A stretch of DNA of 64,000 nt from a virus. This document shows positions 27,096 through 37,300 of this stretch, one piece after another; position 1 is the stretch's first letter; each line of letters opens with the position of its first letter. Where the stretch lies: positions 38,443 through 102,442 of the IMG/VR virus record IMGVR_UViG_3300042934_000619; one strand, written 5' to 3'. Made by a program: the position numbers and the translations under genes. The notes beneath the pieces are model-generated. The model ran no database searches and was not told the DNA's origin. It worked only from the letters and a program-made list of their open reading frames with translations.

Positions 27096-27515
27096 ATGAC
27101 AGCCACTGTGGTGACCGGACAAGGGCGTATTACGGTCTTCAGTATGTTCGGCCCGACCTTCGCATACGTCAGCCAGATCGTGGAGGGCGAGCGGGTCGCC
27201 TACATCGGGCCTGTCACTCCCGGCGTACAGTGGCGGAAGCTGCGGCAAATGGCGGCGCAATGCAGTCGAATCAACGCCACTGCCCAGGAGAAGGCGCGAT
27301 GGGTCGTTCTGCAAGCGCATCGCGCCCTCGTCTGTGGTGATGTCATCGTCAAGCTCTCCGACGAGAAGTGGGAGATGACGAACAGGGCTCAAATGATCGA
27401 CGTCGGCAACTGGTGCGGGCACAGTGCACTAGTGCTCGGTGACATGTATGTCCCGTCCCTGGCAGCCGACCAGGTCGCCAGTCGACCCACACGTTGGCCG
27501 AACTACGCAGCCTGA
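27096..27515 (+). CDS. Hypothetical protein
   Basis: GGGGAG RBS. Confidence 0.55.
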   Translation: MTATVVTGQGRITVFSMFGPTFAYVSQIVEGERVAYIGPVTPGVQWRKLRQMAAQCSRINATAQEKARWVVLQAHRALVCGDVIVKLSDEKWEMTNRAQMIDVGNWCGHSALVLGDMYVPSLAADQVASRPTRWPNYAA

Positions 27516-27533
27516 CGATTCGGCCGTGTCGAC

Positions 27534-28253
27534 CTATGGGGCGACGCGGCCGTTGGCGTTGAAGGCGGCGTACGTGAGCGGCATGAGACGGGCCCATTCG
27601 GCCTCCATCTTCTCGCCGACCATCTCGATCTCCCGCTGCGGGAAGGACGGGACCTTCGCCAGCTCGTGCTGTGTGCGCAGGCCGAGGAAGTGCATCAGCG
27701 ATCGGGCGTTGCAGGTGGCGTACATCGAGGAGTACAGACCGACCGGGAGGACGGAGCGGGCGACCTCGCGGGCGACGCCAGCGTTGAGCATCTTCTGGTA
27801 GCTCTCGTAGGCGGTGATGTAGGTGCCGGTCATCATGCCGCATGCTGCATAGCGCAGTTCTTGCGAGCCGTCAGTGAACTCGTACTTCCCCGGTTTGCCA
27901 GTCTGTACGAGCTTGCGGTCCTCATCCGGGACGTAGAAGACCGGCTGAAGCTCCCGGTATCGCCCGGACTCCTCGTTGTACGACCAGCCCACGCGGTGCC
28001 GCATGAACTCCCGGAACACGAAGATCGGGGCGCTGATGAAGAAGGTCATCGAGTTGTGCTCGAAGGGGCTGCCGTGCCGGTCCCGCATCAGGTAGTTGAT
28101 CAGGCCCTTGGAGCGCTCGGGGTCCTTGTCCATCTCGGCCAGGGACTGCTCGCCGACGGTCGAGACGCGGGCGGCGTACAGCACGTCGGCGTCGGACGCG
28201 GTGTGCTTGACCAGCTCGACAGTGACGTCCGAGCGGAACTCTATGTCTGTCAT
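27534..28253 (-). CDS. thyX: Flavin-dependent thymidylate synthase
   Basis: HGSPFEH, REFMRHR..SYNEESGRY, NARSLMHFLGLR. Confidence 0.95.
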   Translation of the reverse strand: MTDIEFRSDVTVELVKHTASDADVLYAARVSTVGEQSLAEMDKDPERSKGLINYLMRDRHGSPFEHNSMTFFISAPIFVFREFMRHRVGWSYNEESGRYRELQPVFYVPDEDRKLVQTGKPGKYEFTDGSQELRYAACGMMTGTYITAYESYQKMLNAGVAREVARSVLPVGLYSSMYATCNARSLMHFLGLRTQHELAKVPSFPQREIEMVGEKMEAEWARLMPLTYAAFNANGRVAP

Positions 28254-28273
28254 GTTCTCCCCTGGTCCAACGC

Positions 28274-28310
28274 AAAAAGCGGGTGCCTGGCAATTCTGCC
28301 AGGCACCCGC
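28274..28310 (-). terminator. Terminator at end of lysis cassette
   Basis: 14-bp stem followed by U5 on minus strand. Confidence 0.75.
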
Positions 28311-28314
28311 GAAT

Positions 28315-28527
28315 TCACGTGAGGATGTGGACCAGGAACCATGTGGCGAACCCGCACCACGCGGCCCCGAAGACAACTGCTCCGGCCCGCGTGCGGACCT
28401 GGAACCATGACCTCGTCCTCTCGGACAGGGTGTCGCCGTCACGCCCGTTGGCCAGGGCGTAGACCTCGAACGCTGCACCTGCGGTCAGCAGACCGCCCCA
28501 CACCAGGTCGGCGGACGAGACGTCCAT
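28315..28527 (-). CDS. Membrane protein (lysis cassette)
   Basis: 2 TM helices, GDTLSE motif. Confidence 0.65.
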   Translation of the reverse strand: MDVSSADLVWGGLLTAGAAFEVYALANGRDGDTLSERTRSWFQVRTRAGAVVFGAAWCGFATWFLVHILT

Positions 28528-28528
28528 G

Positions 28529-28765
28529 TCAGGCGCCTATCCCCTGGGCAAGATACGGTACGGCCATTCCGACCAGTGCTGCCGCGCCACTGGCCATCCA
28601 TACGCGGCGTTCAAGTTGCGTGACGCGCGTTTCCAGTTGTGCGATGTCCGCGTCCGCTCGGTCCAAATGCTTCTCAATGGATGTCAGTCGGCCGTCGATC
28701 CTTGCGAGGCCGACCTCAAGGGCAAGACGGATGTCCTCCAAGGTGCATGCCTCCGAATTCGCCAC
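28529..28765 (-). CDS. Coiled-coil membrane protein (lysis cassette)
   Basis: Coiled coil plus C-terminal TM; GTG overlaps holin stop. Confidence 0.65.
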   Translation of the reverse strand: MANSEACTLEDIRLALEVGLARIDGRLTSIEKHLDRADADIAQLETRVTQLERRVWMASGAAALVGMAVPYLAQGIGA

Positions 28766-28977
28766 TACACGCCTCCGTTGAGGGAGGCGCTGTCCTTGTT
28801 GCCGACCTTCTTGGCGACGAGTCCCTTCAGAAGTGCACCGACAGCGGCCACGCCGCCACCCGCAGCGGCAAGCCACGCCGACTTGTCCGACAGCTCGGTC
28901 ACGACGAGCGAGCCCAGGAAGCCCTGAGCGAAGGTCACGACGACGCGTTCGGCGAGGTCGCGGAAGTACACGTTCAT
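28765..28977 (-). CDS. Holin (r1t-like)
   Basis: DLAERVVVTFAQ motif, 2 TM, adjacent to endolysin. Confidence 0.75.
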   Translation of the reverse strand: MNVYFRDLAERVVVTFAQGFLGSLVVTELSDKSAWLAAAGGGVAAVGALLKGLVAKKVGNKDSASLNGGV

Positions 28978-28986
28978 GAAGGACTC

Positions 28987-29919
28987 CTAGTTGTCGGCTA
29001 CTTCCAGGCGCACGGTGACCATCTCGATCTCGCCCTTGATGCGGGCAATGAGGGCATCCGCGTCGATCTTCTCCGCGTTCGCGGCCAGCTGGGCAACTAC
29101 CTTGACCAGCTCGTCGATGGTGGTCTGCTGTGCGGCCGTACGGACGTCGATGGCACGTACCCGGTTACCGACGTCCTTGAGGTAGCTCTGCGGCTGCCAG
29201 GTTTTGTTCGTGTCCCTGTCGGCCGCCGTGTCCGGGGCGGTGAACTTGTCGGTGAGCCAGACAGCGTTGTAGACGTCGTCCTTGGTTATGCCGGACAAGC
29301 CGTCCTCCTCGTCTCCCGGGGACCAGTCCGCCGGGTGCTTGAGCCGCTCGTCGATCTCGGCCCGGAATGTGTCCATGTCAAAGGTGGGGTCGATCTTGCG
29401 ACGTGTCCCCTCCTTGTGGCCGATGACGGAATCCGCAGACCAGCCATGCGCCCGGCAGATCGCCGTCGCCCAGCGAACGGCCGCCTCGTACTGCACGTCG
29501 GGGTACGGGTCCCTGCCGTTGCCGAGGTTCTCGATCTCGATGCCGTAGTAGTGGCGGTTCCCGTCCACCGGCTCCGAGCTGTCGGGGCGGGGGTGATTCG
29601 AGGACTCCGCGACAACGGCATCGTGGGCGTTCTGGGCGAACGTTCCGGCGTGGTTGGCCCGGCCGTAGCCGACCATCGTCGCTGTACCGTCCTTGGCCAG
29701 GTGGGTGTGGCAGAGCGGGCCGGGCAGAGCGGTCGTGCCGTTGAAGCACAGGCTCAGGCTGTCCGATCCGGCGGTGTGATGGATGACGACCCCGTTGAGG
29801 TTGTCCCACTTGCCCTTGTGGTTGCGGTTGTTGGAGCGCCAACCGGTGCGCTCGACGACCTGCACGCCTTCGTCACGGAGTGCAGAGACGAGCCGATCGG
29901 CAGACAGGGGAGCAGCCAC
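28987..29919 (-). CDS. Endolysin, N-acetylmuramoyl-L-alanine amidase
   Basis: VIHHTAG, ANHAG, GIEIEN, GHKE..RKIDP. Confidence 0.9.
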   Translation of the reverse strand: MAAPLSADRLVSALRDEGVQVVERTGWRSNNRNHKGKWDNLNGVVIHHTAGSDSLSLCFNGTTALPGPLCHTHLAKDGTATMVGYGRANHAGTFAQNAHDAVVAESSNHPRPDSSEPVDGNRHYYGIEIENLGNGRDPYPDVQYEAAVRWATAICRAHGWSADSVIGHKEGTRRKIDPTFDMDTFRAEIDERLKHPADWSPGDEEDGLSGITKDDVYNAVWLTDKFTAPDTAADRDTNKTWQPQSYLKDVGNRVRAIDVRTAAQQTTIDELVKVVAQLAANAEKIDADALIARIKGEIEMVTVRLEVADN

Positions 29920-29928
29920 GCCTTCTCC

Positions 29929-30450
29929 TTACGCTGCCTGGTAGTGACCGAAAGCGCGGATCGAGTCCGTGCTGGCCCACGTGAACGGTGTGACGGCGTC
30001 GATCAGTCCGACGGAGGTGGCGGCATAGCCACCGGCAGCGCCGGTCGATCCGCCTGATGTCTCGAATTCGAGGTCGGTGGTGGCGGTGAGGCGACAACGC
30101 ATCGGATAGCGCGCGGCGGATGGCGTGCCGCCGGTCGCGGTGTCCTGTGCTTCGGCGGAACCGACGATCAATGCGGTCGTGGAGGCTGTCACGGGAAGAG
30201 AGAATCGCCAGTTGTCGGACGACCCGCCCCCTCCGAATGACGTGGTGGTTCCGAAGGTGATTTCCAGACGGAAGAACACAACGTCCCCGGTCTGGCAGTA
30301 CGATCCGCTGACCGTCGCATTGCCGATGCTGGGTGTATTCGCTCCGGTCGACGTGGTCCATGTCGGTGTCCATGAAGACCATGTCGGTGTTATCTGGTTC
30401 AGCCGGGCAGCGGTTATTCGCTGCCCGGCCTGCCAAGGGGTGACACCCAT
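29929..30450 (-). CDS. Minor tail protein
   Basis: AGQRITAARLN N-terminus, Thr/Gly-rich beta content. Confidence 0.7.
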   Translation of the reverse strand: MGVTPWQAGQRITAARLNQITPTWSSWTPTWTTSTGANTPSIGNATVSGSYCQTGDVVFFRLEITFGTTTSFGGGGSSDNWRFSLPVTASTTALIVGSAEAQDTATGGTPSAARYPMRCRLTATTDLEFETSGGSTGAAGGYAATSVGLIDAVTPFTWASTDSIRAFGHYQAA

Positions 30451-30461
30451 CGGGCGGCTCC

Positions 30462-33400
30462 TTACAGTGCCGTAATGGCGGGATATGCGAGGCGCACGTC
30501 AGCTCCGGCCGAATGTGCCTTGACGACCCCGTTCACGGACCGAGTCACAGTAAAGGTCTGCGGATTCACGACCTTGAAGTTGTCGAACCTGGCCTGCGGA
30601 CCGACGTTGGTGTTCCCTGACCCTGCGAAAGCGCGTACGCCGACGCTGGACGATGTGGTGACTGATGTGTCCGTGGTCGACAGTTGCCATGCTCCTGGCT
30701 CAAGGCCAGTCGGCTGCCAGATGCGTGCCTTGATGGCGGTCCCGGTTACTTGAAACCGGACACGGACATTTGTTCCCGGGGTGTGACTGAATGGCACCGT
30801 GTATGTGGCGAGCTGCGCTTCCACGCCAGCCACGCGTTCACGCAGGGTTGCCGTGATCGTGTTGGTCGTGGTGAATTCCAGCCGACACATGTACAGGTCG
30901 ACGTTTCCGTTGGCCCGAACGACCGGTCCGGCGAAAATTGATGCGCCTGTCGCGGTTGCGGCAGTGGTGACATCCACGTACATGTCAATGTCGGCGTTGG
31001 GGGCGGTGACCAGTGCCAGTCGTGAGGAGTTGACTGCGGACATGGTGATGGCGCCGTATCCACCCGTCACGGAATAGTCCGATGCCGTACCGGATACCGA
31101 CCAGGTCTGCCCGGAGTCCGCCGTACCCCATGAACCGGCGGCAACCGCTGTGCTGAAATCGTCGTAGACGCTGCGGGTGCATCCCGTGACGCGCATGACT
31201 TCTCCGCCGACCCGTATGTCGAACGGGAAGTCGTCCGGAAGTTCGTTCTCCACGGTGAGACGGAGCGTCAGCATGTCGGAGTACAGAACGTCGGTCGCAG
31301 GGGGGAAGTCGGGGACCGTCGGAGAAATGTTGACGTACGCCGCGCTCGCCGGGGCGGTGGCCGACGACTGGAACCATGTCCATTCCCCGGCCGTCAGTGA
31401 CTCGGTGGCCGAGTCTGTGGACAGGTAGCCGAAGGAGGCGTCGAACCAGTTGATGTTCAAGTCCACGCTGCGCGTGGTTTCGCACATCTGCCAACCGGAG
31501 AAGGTGTACGTCTTCCCGACGGTAACGGGAGTCATGTCCGAACCGACGTTGGGGAACTCTGTCACTCCGTCCGGGGTGAGCTTCATGGACCATTCACCCA
31601 GGAACGGAGGGATGCCCGGGGTGACCACTCGTTCGACGGTGCATCCGTTACCGGTCCATCCGGTAATGCTGTCCTCGAAGTCGTAGTTCGTGACCAGGGA
31701 CGGGGCCGCGATCACCCACTCCGGACCTTCGGTGACCTTTACGTCGACTTCGGTCTCCGTGGTGGTCAGATCCTCCACCAGTTCGCTGCCGTCGGTGTCC
31801 ACGTGGGTGTAGAGGCTCTGCGGAGACTCCGCCTCGTACGCGACGTTGTACGGACCGTACGGCGTGCAGTTGTACCTGATCGTCCAGTGGTATTGGTCGA
31901 ACGTCTCCGTGTAGCCCTGCACGAGCAGATCGATCGTGTCCGGCGGAAGCCAGACGGGAGGATTGGTGATCTGCATACGACACCCGATGTCCACCAGGAC
32001 AGCATCGGGAATGGACTCCGGAGCGCTGGCCAGATCCACAGTGACCTGCGGGAACCGCGTCTCGTCCCACGTACCGCGATGGAGCAGCCATCCTGCGTGA
32101 TGTGGAGGCTGGTCGTCGTCGTAGAGGTGGAAGGTGTAAGACGTGTCGTACAGTCCGACGCCGTCTGGTGGTGTCTGAGTAGACAGGGCTCCAGTCGTCA
32201 GCGTGGTGCGAGCGAAGGAGCCGCCTTCTCTTGCGACAGTCACGTCATTGGTGACTTGCTGATCATCATCGACCGGGTCGAGGGGCGATACGAGACCGTC
32301 AGATCCTTCGTAATCCAGGGTCAGCGAAGATGTCTGGTTGTAGATGCTGGTGCGTTGCACCAACTTCAAGCCGAGGATGTCACGCTGTTCACCCAGAATC
32401 CCTTGGTCAACTTCTTCTGCACCACGCAGCAGGTCGATGATGGTTCCGCGCGACTGCACACCCATCTGCTGATCACCGAATGCTGTGGTGTACGCGTTGA
32501 TGCTCTCCTCGACTCCGAAACGGTGAACGCGAGCGGCAGCCGTTTCGCCAACCCACCCAATTAGGGCGTTGGTGGCGTTATTGAGCCCCGTGTTCAAGTC
32601 CGACAGCGCAAGATGACCGAACGCGGTGTCGTTCATCAAGCCGTTTTCGCCGAACCGGAACTGCGTCACACGCCCAACGGTGTAGCCGGTGAGCGTGCCG
32701 GAGATGGCGCTGCTGCTGTAGCTGTTGAGCGTGCTGTCGGTGAGGTCGTAAGAGATGACGCGGTAGTCGATGTCGCTACCGTCTTGCGTCAACTCGATAC
32801 CCAGGCTCTTCTTCTTCCCGTTTATGGCGAAGAGGAAGTAGCCAGTGTTCAGGATCTCCGTGCCGTCGTCGTCGTACGCGCGCAGACTCAGTGATCCGTT
32901 GGTGTTCAGGAACACCGACCAGTGCTTTGCTGTACCGGTCTGCGTGAAAGAGTACAGACGTTGCTCAGCAGCGACTCCGGCCTCGGGTACCGCCACGAAT
33001 ACGCGAGTGAAGATGTAATCCGTCTCCGTGTACGCCGGGACGTTCACTTTGAGAGACCCGGTCCCGATCGTCAGAACAGGATCGGAGCCTGCCCAGTCGC
33101 TGTAGGCGGCAGGAGTGACAGTTCCGGTGATCGTCATGGCGGGATGCCCGTCAAAAGCGGAAGCGATACTCGTCGCATCGCTTCCGTCTTCCATCGGCCA
33201 GTAGGCGATGATGTTCTCGCGAAAGGGAGACGTGAATTCCCGATACGCAGGAGACTTTGCAGCGATGGCACCCTGGGAGAGGCGTCGCAGGATGCCAGAT
33301 GCTTCTACCCTCGTGACAACGTCGAAGCCTCCGGTGTCCCATTCGGGTGTCCAGGAAGAGATCTCTCCGACGAACCGAACCTTACGGGTGGCTATCTCCG

Positions 33401-34337
33401 CGTTGCCGTCCTCGTCGTACACCCAGGTCAGACCCGCCTCGTCCACGAAAGACGCGAGGCCCTCAGCCTCGTTCGCGAAGACAGGGTTGGCGACGATGGT
33501 TCCGTCGATCCCGTTGCGGACCTCTGCCGCGTGAACGTAACCCTGCGGTCTCTCGTACGTCGCACCGTTGTAGGCGTTACCGATCTGGAGAGCTGCGGTG
33601 CTGTTGAAAATGCTGGTGGGCGCTCCGCCGGTCTCCGTATCGCCTAGCTGCGTCCAGACGCCGTCGATGGAGTCAGAGGTGTAGAACTGGCAGGTGAAGC
33701 CACCGCTTCCGTTGTCGACGTCCAGGGTGACGCGTACAGCGAGACGCCCGGTCGGCGGGACGGGGAGCGTTTCGGAACACGTGACGGTGTATCCCGTACT
33801 ACCAGTGCCGTCTTCCGACCACGCGAACGTGAGCGCGCCGTTCTGGACGTACATAACCCAGGATCGCTGATCCCCGCTCGTCGTGTACTTCCCCATCAGC
33901 TCCGTCAGGATGGATGCGGTGCCGGAGCCGACCACTCCATCAGCCAGATGCCAGTTGAGCAGCGTCGCGTCCAGGCGGACGTCGATGTCTCCAGTGATGT
34001 CCAGAGCAGCAGTGTCGAGGACGCCGGTGGTATCCGCAGACGATTGTCCAGGGAGCCAGAGCGCCGCGTCTCCCGTCTTGATGGAGACGCGAACGGGCGT
34101 GTTGCGTCCGATCTGCCCGTAGTACGGACTCTCGGGGTTGCGAGGGCTGTACTTGCCATCGCGATTGTCCAGGGAGAAGGAACACCGCCCAGGGTCAATC
34201 TGCTGTCCCCAGTCGGAGCGACCACGCGTGATCTCGATCTGATCGGCGGAACGAACGTCGCCGGTGATGTCGGTCCACGTGGTGCCGTCGAGGCTAATTT
34301 CCACAGAGATCGGAAGTGGAGTCTCCGGAAAAGCCAC
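30462..34337 (-). CDS. Large minor tail/baseplate protein with lectin/CBM-like domains
   Basis: Follows tape measure; WTDIT..ITRGR..LDNRDG, AYWPMED; 1291 aa. Confidence 0.8.
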   Translation of the reverse strand: MAFPETPLPISVEISLDGTTWTDITGDVRSADQIEITRGRSDWGQQIDPGRCSFSLDNRDGKYSPRNPESPYYGQIGRNTPVRVSIKTGDAALWLPGQSSADTTGVLDTAALDITGDIDVRLDATLLNWHLADGVVGSGTASILTELMGKYTTSGDQRSWVMYVQNGALTFAWSEDGTGSTGYTVTCSETLPVPPTGRLAVRVTLDVDNGSGGFTCQFYTSDSIDGVWTQLGDTETGGAPTSIFNSTAALQIGNAYNGATYERPQGYVHAAEVRNGIDGTIVANPVFANEAEGLASFVDEAGLTWVYDEDGNAEIATRKVRFVGEISSWTPEWDTGGFDVVTRVEASGILRRLSQGAIAAKSPAYREFTSPFRENIIAYWPMEDGSDATSIASAFDGHPAMTITGTVTPAAYSDWAGSDPVLTIGTGSLKVNVPAYTETDYIFTRVFVAVPEAGVAAEQRLYSFTQTGTAKHWSVFLNTNGSLSLRAYDDDGTEILNTGYFLFAINGKKKSLGIELTQDGSDIDYRVISYDLTDSTLNSYSSSAISGTLTGYTVGRVTQFRFGENGLMNDTAFGHLALSDLNTGLNNATNALIGWVGETAAARVHRFGVEESINAYTTAFGDQQMGVQSRGTIIDLLRGAEEVDQGILGEQRDILGLKLVQRTSIYNQTSSLTLDYEGSDGLVSPLDPVDDDQQVTNDVTVAREGGSFARTTLTTGALSTQTPPDGVGLYDTSYTFHLYDDDQPPHHAGWLLHRGTWDETRFPQVTVDLASAPESIPDAVLVDIGCRMQITNPPVWLPPDTIDLLVQGYTETFDQYHWTIRYNCTPYGPYNVAYEAESPQSLYTHVDTDGSELVEDLTTTETEVDVKVTEGPEWVIAAPSLVTNYDFEDSITGWTGNGCTVERVVTPGIPPFLGEWSMKLTPDGVTEFPNVGSDMTPVTVGKTYTFSGWQMCETTRSVDLNINWFDASFGYLSTDSATESLTAGEWTWFQSSATAPASAAYVNISPTVPDFPPATDVLYSDMLTLRLTVENELPDDFPFDIRVGGEVMRVTGCTRSVYDDFSTAVAAGSWGTADSGQTWSVSGTASDYSVTGGYGAITMSAVNSSRLALVTAPNADIDMYVDVTTAATATGASIFAGPVVRANGNVDLYMCRLEFTTTNTITATLRERVAGVEAQLATYTVPFSHTPGTNVRVRFQVTGTAIKARIWQPTGLEPGAWQLSTTDTSVTTSSSVGVRAFAGSGNTNVGPQARFDNFKVVNPQTFTVTRSVNGVVKAHSAGADVRLAYPAITAL

Positions 34338-34359
34338 GGTGTTCCTCCCCTGGAATCAC

Positions 34360-37300
34360 TTATTTTCCGAGGACCGCCTGAACGTTTCCACCACGATGAC
34401 GAATGGACTTGCGCAGGGGGTCGATGATGACTTCGCCGATGTTGTTACCGCCGATGTTCAGCTGAATGATCATCGGCTCACCCGCCCGAGCACTGGTGTG
34501 GCTCGCCCCACCGGAACTGCCCGACGAAACGTCGAGCATCGAATCCCAGGAGTGCTGCGGACGGCTGTTCTTCTCGATACCGAGAGCGAAGCCTTCGGCC
34601 GTGAAGTGTCCGAGTTTTTGCATGACGCGGGAAGGGGACCTGATCCCCAGCGCCCGCTTGATCGCCTTCTCCATGGATTTGGCGATACTCATCATCGTCT
34701 TCTCGATGACTTTCTTCTGGGCCGTGAGACCCTTGACCAGACCCTCGGCGGCCTTGATTCCCGCCGCGTACAAGGCGTCAGAAGCAACGTCACCTGCATC
34801 GTCAGCTGACTGACGAATGCTCTGGTTCATGGCGTTGATCTGCTTGATCTGGGACGACGAAGCGCTCATCAGCGCTGTTGCCGTCTCCAGTCCTCCGCCT
34901 GTAACACCCGCCTGAGCCACCTGCTCCAGAATGTGTCCCGAGAACCCGCGCTTCTTGAGCGTGGCGAGGACCGACTGGAACTGCTTGGCGCTGTTGGAGT
35001 CGCCGGTCATCTGGCTCATGATGGTGTTGAGCGTGACCTGCGAGTCCTCACGGGACGCGGACCTTGTGAGGTCCAGCTCGCTGATGATTCCGTTCTTGAC
35101 GGATTCCTTGAGCTGCGCTGCGGCATCCTTGAGGCCGTCCAGTTTCTCCTTGGCCTTCTCCAAGGACTTGTTCACCGACGACAGTTTGGTCTGGTACTTG
35201 AGCAGGCCCTTGCCCGCCGAGTCCAGCTGCTTGAGCAGGCGGGACTCGGTCCGGCCGCTGGTGGACTTCTTAATGGATGAGCGCATCCGGTTCAGGTCGT
35301 CAACCAGATCCTGACGGCTGTCCATCTTCGTCATGGCGGAGAGGAACTCGGAGTTCTTGTTGCCAGCGAACTGGCCGAACCGGGACACCGTCAGATACGG
35401 GACCAGATCGTCGCGGGCCTCGCGCATCTTCTTTGCCGCACTGCCACCGCTGGCGAACTTCGGAAGCAGTCCCATGTTGATGCGCCGCATGGCGTCAACG
35501 CCGTACTTGTCGACGGCGGCAGCGCGCATGACGAACTCGCCTCGGGAGAGGCGCGCGACGATACCGTCCGACGTCTTCGTACCCGGACCTTGAAGAACGC
35601 TGCCGGAGATGCTGGCGCCCTTGGCGAACCGCCTCATCGGGAGAGAGGAAGCGGAGCCGCCCTGTGCACCGAACGGCCGTGCCACTTGGTTGTCGTATCG
35701 GCGTTGTACGTTGATGTATGCCGTACCGAGAACGGAACCGACGATACCGCCGACGGCGCCATGGAATTGTGAGGCGTCGGCCGAAATGAAGATCTTCTTG
35801 TTGCTGAGTCGGTTCCGTGCCTCTTGTGCTGCGGCAATGGGGCCGAGGGCGTTGCCCACCGCTGCCGAGAACGAGAGTTTTTTGCCGCTGAGTCGGTCCC
35901 GTGCTCCTTGAACGGCGCCTATGTCGGCGCTGGCCGCCCCTGTCTCTGCCGATATTTTGAATGACCCGTCGGGCATGCGGGTGACCGTGTACCCGAGGTC
36001 CTCCAGAATCCGCTGAGCTTCACTGGTGAGCGCCTGAACCGTGATGGTCTCCGCGTGCGGTGTCGCTTCCATCGCCGCGATGACGGCATCAAGGCTGGTG
36101 ATGGCTCCGGCCGTCTCCGCCTTGACGACGAGGTCTCTTGACGGGGGGATGCCGAGGATCTGGTCCGCCAGTGCTTGGGCCTGCTCTTCGTTCAGGCCCC
36201 AGCCGTCGGCCATCTCGATGAGACTCTTCCGGCCGTCCTTCCAGCGCTGGTTGATCTGTTCCCAGGGGGCGTTGGCATCGACGGCCGTGTCCGTGGCTTC
36301 GCGCGTGGTGCGTGCGATGTTGGACAGCATCTCGTAGGCGTCACGGCCTGCCTGTCCGTGGCGGACAAGCTGTCCGTTCGTCCACGACAGCGACTCGCCC
36401 CACTTGTTCTGCTTCTTCGTCGCGTCGGCGATGGCCTGTTCCTGCGCCGCCTGAGCGTCGAGGTGGCCACGGTTCAGGTCGGCCAGGGCCTGGATCTGCC
36501 CGATCAGCTCCTTGACGGAGCTGGCGTGGTTCCGTGTCTCGGCAGCCGCAGTGGCCTCTGCTTCAGCGACTTGCCTGGCCAGGGACTCACGCTCGCTCAG
36601 GGCTTCATTCAGGTCTTCGTCCGTGGCGCCGACACCGGCAAGGAAGTCGGCCCCGTTGTCGCCCAGAGCGAGGTCGCTGTTACGTGCCTCCTTCATCTTC
36701 GCGATGCGTTCGTCGACCTGGGACAGCTTGTTCTTGAGGGAGTCGACGTCTGAGCCGGTGGAACGGAAGACGCCGCCGAGGCCGTCGATGCGCTGCTCGA
36801 ACTTTCCGACGCCGCCGATGCTGCCCGTGATCTGAGAAAGCACATCGCCGAACATTCGGTCGAGGAACGACATGCCGCCCTCGACCAGGTGGAGAACCCC
36901 GGACAGTGCACGGAAGACACCGACCAGCAGGGCCGTTGCCGTTGCGGACTGCGACATGGCGTTGGTGAACTGGCCGAAGTTGACCAGCAGGTTCTTGACC
37001 TCTGTGCCGAGGGTCTTCCAGACGTTACTGAGACCTTCGGCGCCGCCGCCTTCCGTCATCGACGCGAACATGTCGCCGAGGCCGGAGCCGATCATGCCCA
37101 TGGCCGATCGGAAGCCCTCCATCACCGGGCCGGACCTGCTCAGCGCCTGCTCGAATCCGGGCAGCGCGTACTCGATCAGGTCGGTGAGACCGCCCATGAA
37201 GTCTTTGGCCAGTGGCGCGGACGCCGCGAAGGCGCGCGTCAGTGCGGGCTGCATCCGTCGAGCGGAGGCTCCCACCTGATCCAGACCATCGGAAAGAGCG